Both the position numbers and the translations under genes were made by a program. Below the pieces are notes generated by a model. It worked only from the letters and a program-made list of their open reading frames with translations. It had not been told where the DNA came from and did no database searches. From Macrostomum lignano (lineage: Eukaryota): a stretch of DNA of 64,000 nt. The first letter of the stretch is position 1, and the number at the start of each line of letters is the position of its first letter. The stretch covers positions 3,124-67,123 of the forward strand of contig NIVC01000009.1 in NCBI GenBank assembly GCA_002269645.1. The letters are read 5' to 3'. Below, in pieces: positions 55,053 through 64,000 of this stretch.

Positions 55053-56717
55053 GCATCATCTGCACATTCTTCAAGGACTGAGTCTCTTGAATAACCTTTG
55101 TACAAAGTATACATTTGCAATTTCATGTATCATCGATCGAGCTAGTTGTAAAAGTTTCTGCATTGTCTAAATGCGTGTCCATTCTAAAATCTTTGCATGA
55201 CTTGCGTTTAATCGTATTCTGCATTCAGAAACGTGTTTTTCACATTTTACATGTATGAATAAATGTTAAATAAACGCGTTTAACATTAGTGATTTTTTAT
55301 CATTTACTATTACATTATTCAACCAAATATTAATTTAGTTGTTTATTGTCATTTCTCACATGGCATATGCATGGCGATCGTTTAGGGACGGTCTAACGGG
55401 ATTACAATGGATATTAACTCGGACTTGCTGGCCTATCTATACATGTTAGTCCAGTACCCGTTTCTCCCAGTCCCAGCCAATTCAGAGGAGAGTTCATATA
55501 CATTTTACGGTATTCATATTATTTAAATGCTTACTGAAGGAACTGAAGAACTAATCACAATTCGCAATTTTCTCATGCGCCCATTCTTTCTCTAGAGTAA
55601 TTTCTCAGACAAGCTTTAATTCTAACGTCCTTATAATTTCATGGACATGACCTGTCGCTGTAACACTCATTTGAACCTCCTGCGCTGTAAGCAAATTTTT
55701 TTGCGACAACTCTTGCACTGTCGACGTCCCCATGTATACAGGTTGTACATAATGCTTGCAATACATGTATATTAAACACCTGTTTATAATACATAAAGCA
55801 TATTTTAGAAAACAAATTGCAGTCTGAAAAAGTACTGAGTTTCACTAAGGGTATACATATACCATAGATTTTAAGAGCTGGCTTTATGTTCATTTTGATG
55901 TTACAAGTACACTGATACATGCAGCTGTAACTATACCAATACTATATATACATTGTACCATATCCAACCGTTGAGTAATTTTATGGACGATCCAATTGAT
56001 CGGACATACAGTCTGCATGCACTACATAGATTCGGTTCTGAACCGGAATCGAGAATACGAAAAAGGTCATTGGTTTAGATCGACAAAGCCAGAAGAGAAG
56101 AAACAAATATGGGGATCCAACTGGCTCTGGTTCCGAAAGTACTATAGAATCAATAGAATCGATACTTAAAGTATTACCCAACAACTGTAAATAAGCAATT
56201 AATTTCAAAAGTGAATGACTCCGTAAATTAAAAACAGTAAAACATAGTTTATATATTACTTTTACGTATTGACTTTTAATTTACATTGAAGTTTTTGTTA
56301 AAATATGTAATAATTTACAAAATTTTAAACTTTCCAAGAAAAATCTAAGAAAAGCTCAACAACTTAAAATAGTACCTCTTGGTCCTTTTGTAAGCATGAG
56401 GAACAAGATGAATAACTATCTTTATGATCTTAATTTCGAAATATATTAGAAGTAATTTCTGGTGTTCTTAACTGTTAGGAATTATAAACGCGAGTTAAAA
56501 ACAATGAAAATATACAATGTTCTTAGACTTAAAACAACGAAAAGAGTTTTGTCATTGCGTGATTATTGTCTACAGGAACTACACTACTGTATTAAATTGG
56601 TCGTTTGCTCTTGGTACAAAAAGCCTTACTTAATATCTACCTATTTAAATCCAGAATAGGTGCCAATTACAAAGTCGATGCACACGTTTTACTATAATTT
56701 TTTAAATGGTAACTATA

Positions 56718-56972
56718 GGGCTTTTCACATTACCAATTCCAGAACCAGAATCGGTTCGGATTTCCAAAAAAACAGTATAACTATTTAACTTTTTTGAATG
56801 TTTAACTGCCTTAACAGCCTCACTTTTCACAATTTTTCACTTTCTTCTTGGCTATTGCCATACAATAATCACAACTTTAAAGCACTAATATCCCTCTAGT
56901 TTAGGAGACAAAAAGTTATACTTTACAAATTGGATCTGGTTCTAGAACCAGAATAAGCAATATGAAAAGGCC
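56718..56972. mobile_element. Possible MITE
   Basis: Imperfect TIR GGGCTTTTCACATT / AATATGAAAAGGCC (12/14) with subterminal ccagaaccagaa motifs. Confidence 0.35.
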
Positions 56973-57729
56973 TTGTTAAACAATTAGTAATTTTTATTAT
57001 TCTATGATATACAAATACTGTGTGCTCTTTTTGTTAAAATGAAGAATATTTACTAATGAATTAACAGTTCTGTCTTATAGTTTGAATTTATTACTTGTGA
57101 ATAACCAAAGTATACATGAAATAAATGCTTATGTTTATCTTAATAGAAAAACTATATAGGCCTCGCCTTTTCAGTTTAATATAATTTATATTTTTATTTC
57201 ATTTCATTAAATTCATTAATTTGATTCAAACTGATATCACTATTAAATAGAAGGTAGGCCTAAACATTGCCAATTAATATAAAGTATGTTTGTTTTGGAT
57301 AGCCATAAGTAAATAAAAAAGATTTATTAGATTTCTAAAATGTCATTTTTATCATAAATATAAACTTAAATATGCAAAAATTAAAATAAATTGATTTCGT
57401 GTTTTATTGACTAGTAGTAATACATAAATCCACTTATACTAAATACTTTACTATATCTTCTAAGAATGGTATAATTACAATTTAGCTAGAGTATAATTTT
57501 TCTTTGATTATAAGTCTTAGGCTTTAATATTTGATAAGTATCTAAGCTATTATAAATCAAATCAAGTGAATATATGGCAAATTTAACAAGTAGCGATAAC
57601 TATATATTTTTAATAGTTTTTTACTCAGAGTTTTCAAATTATATTTTTTGCTTTTTATATCATCTTTATATACACAAAATTTAAAATAATCATTTATTTA
57701 TTTATAGGATATTACTTAAAGAACAAGTC

Positions 57730-63430
<5,701 letters not shown>

Positions 63431-63499
63431 GTAATGAGGATTGGCTTAGGGCTCCGCTTGGGGCTGCTGATTTGCACTGTGGTTCTTGCGAGCAAGAGT

Positions 63500-64000
63500 G
63501 TTGTGACACATGACACTGTGACACATGACACTGTGATACATGGCACTGTGATACATGACACTGTGATACATGACACTGTGATACATGACACTGTGACACA
63601 TGCACTGTGATAAATGACACTGTGATAACATGACACTGTGATACATGACACTGTGATACATGACACTGTGACACATGACACTGTGATACATGACACTGTG
63701 ACACATGACACTGTGATACATGACACTGTGATACATGACACTGTGATACATGACACTGTGATACATGACACTGTGATACATGACACTGTGATACATGACA
63801 CTGTGATACATGACACTGTGATACATGACACTGTGATACATGCACTGTGATACATGAAACTGTGATACATGACACTGTGATACATGACACTGTGATACAT
63901 GGACACTGTGATACATGACACTGTGATACATGACACTGTGATACATGACACTGTGATACATGACACTGTGATAATGACACTGTGATAAATGACACTGTGA
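63500..64000. repeat. 15-bp minisatellite (catgacactgtgata), runs off the right edge
   Basis: More than 30 copies. Confidence 0.95.

Larger units (their letters stand above)
45693..55347. repeat. Large inverted duplication: arms ~45693-49095 and ~51905-55347, spacer ~2.8 kb
   Basis: Mirror coordinates sum to 101040 for the outer edge, both Hsp70 ends and the 5S start; the sum shifts by 28 bp inside the minisatellite. Confidence 0.97.

Overview
Eukaryotic (metazoan) genomic DNA with GC-rich exons, AT-rich intergenic tracts and a different minisatellite in almost every long intron. By inference this resembles a repeat-rich flatworm genome such as Macrostomum; the species cannot be verified here. 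Spliced gene models read by eye, in order: TRIM9/67-like E3 ligase (-, runs off the left end), proteasome ATPase Rpt4/PSMC6 (-), a small two-exon orphan with a UBA-like C-terminus (+), Cbp53E/calbindin-like hexa-EF-hand protein (+), InaF-motif membrane protein (-), PH-RhoGAP-coiled-coil ARHGAP22/24/25-like (+), compact TAB2/3-like CUE-NZF protein (+), CENP-V/GFA (+), and VPS13D (+, runs off the right end). The most striking structure is a ~9.65 kb palindrome (45693-55347). Each ~3.4 kb arm carries a [14-bp minisatellite - 5S rRNA gene - HSE/TATA promoter - intronless Hsp70] unit pointing outward, and the spacer holds a decayed P-element-like transposon. Rpt4 introns carry a decayed Penelope-like element with a hammerhead-like remnant and an inverted pair of hAT-type MITEs. 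Exon coordinates come from manual GT/AG and phase checks. Repeat boundaries are approximate.
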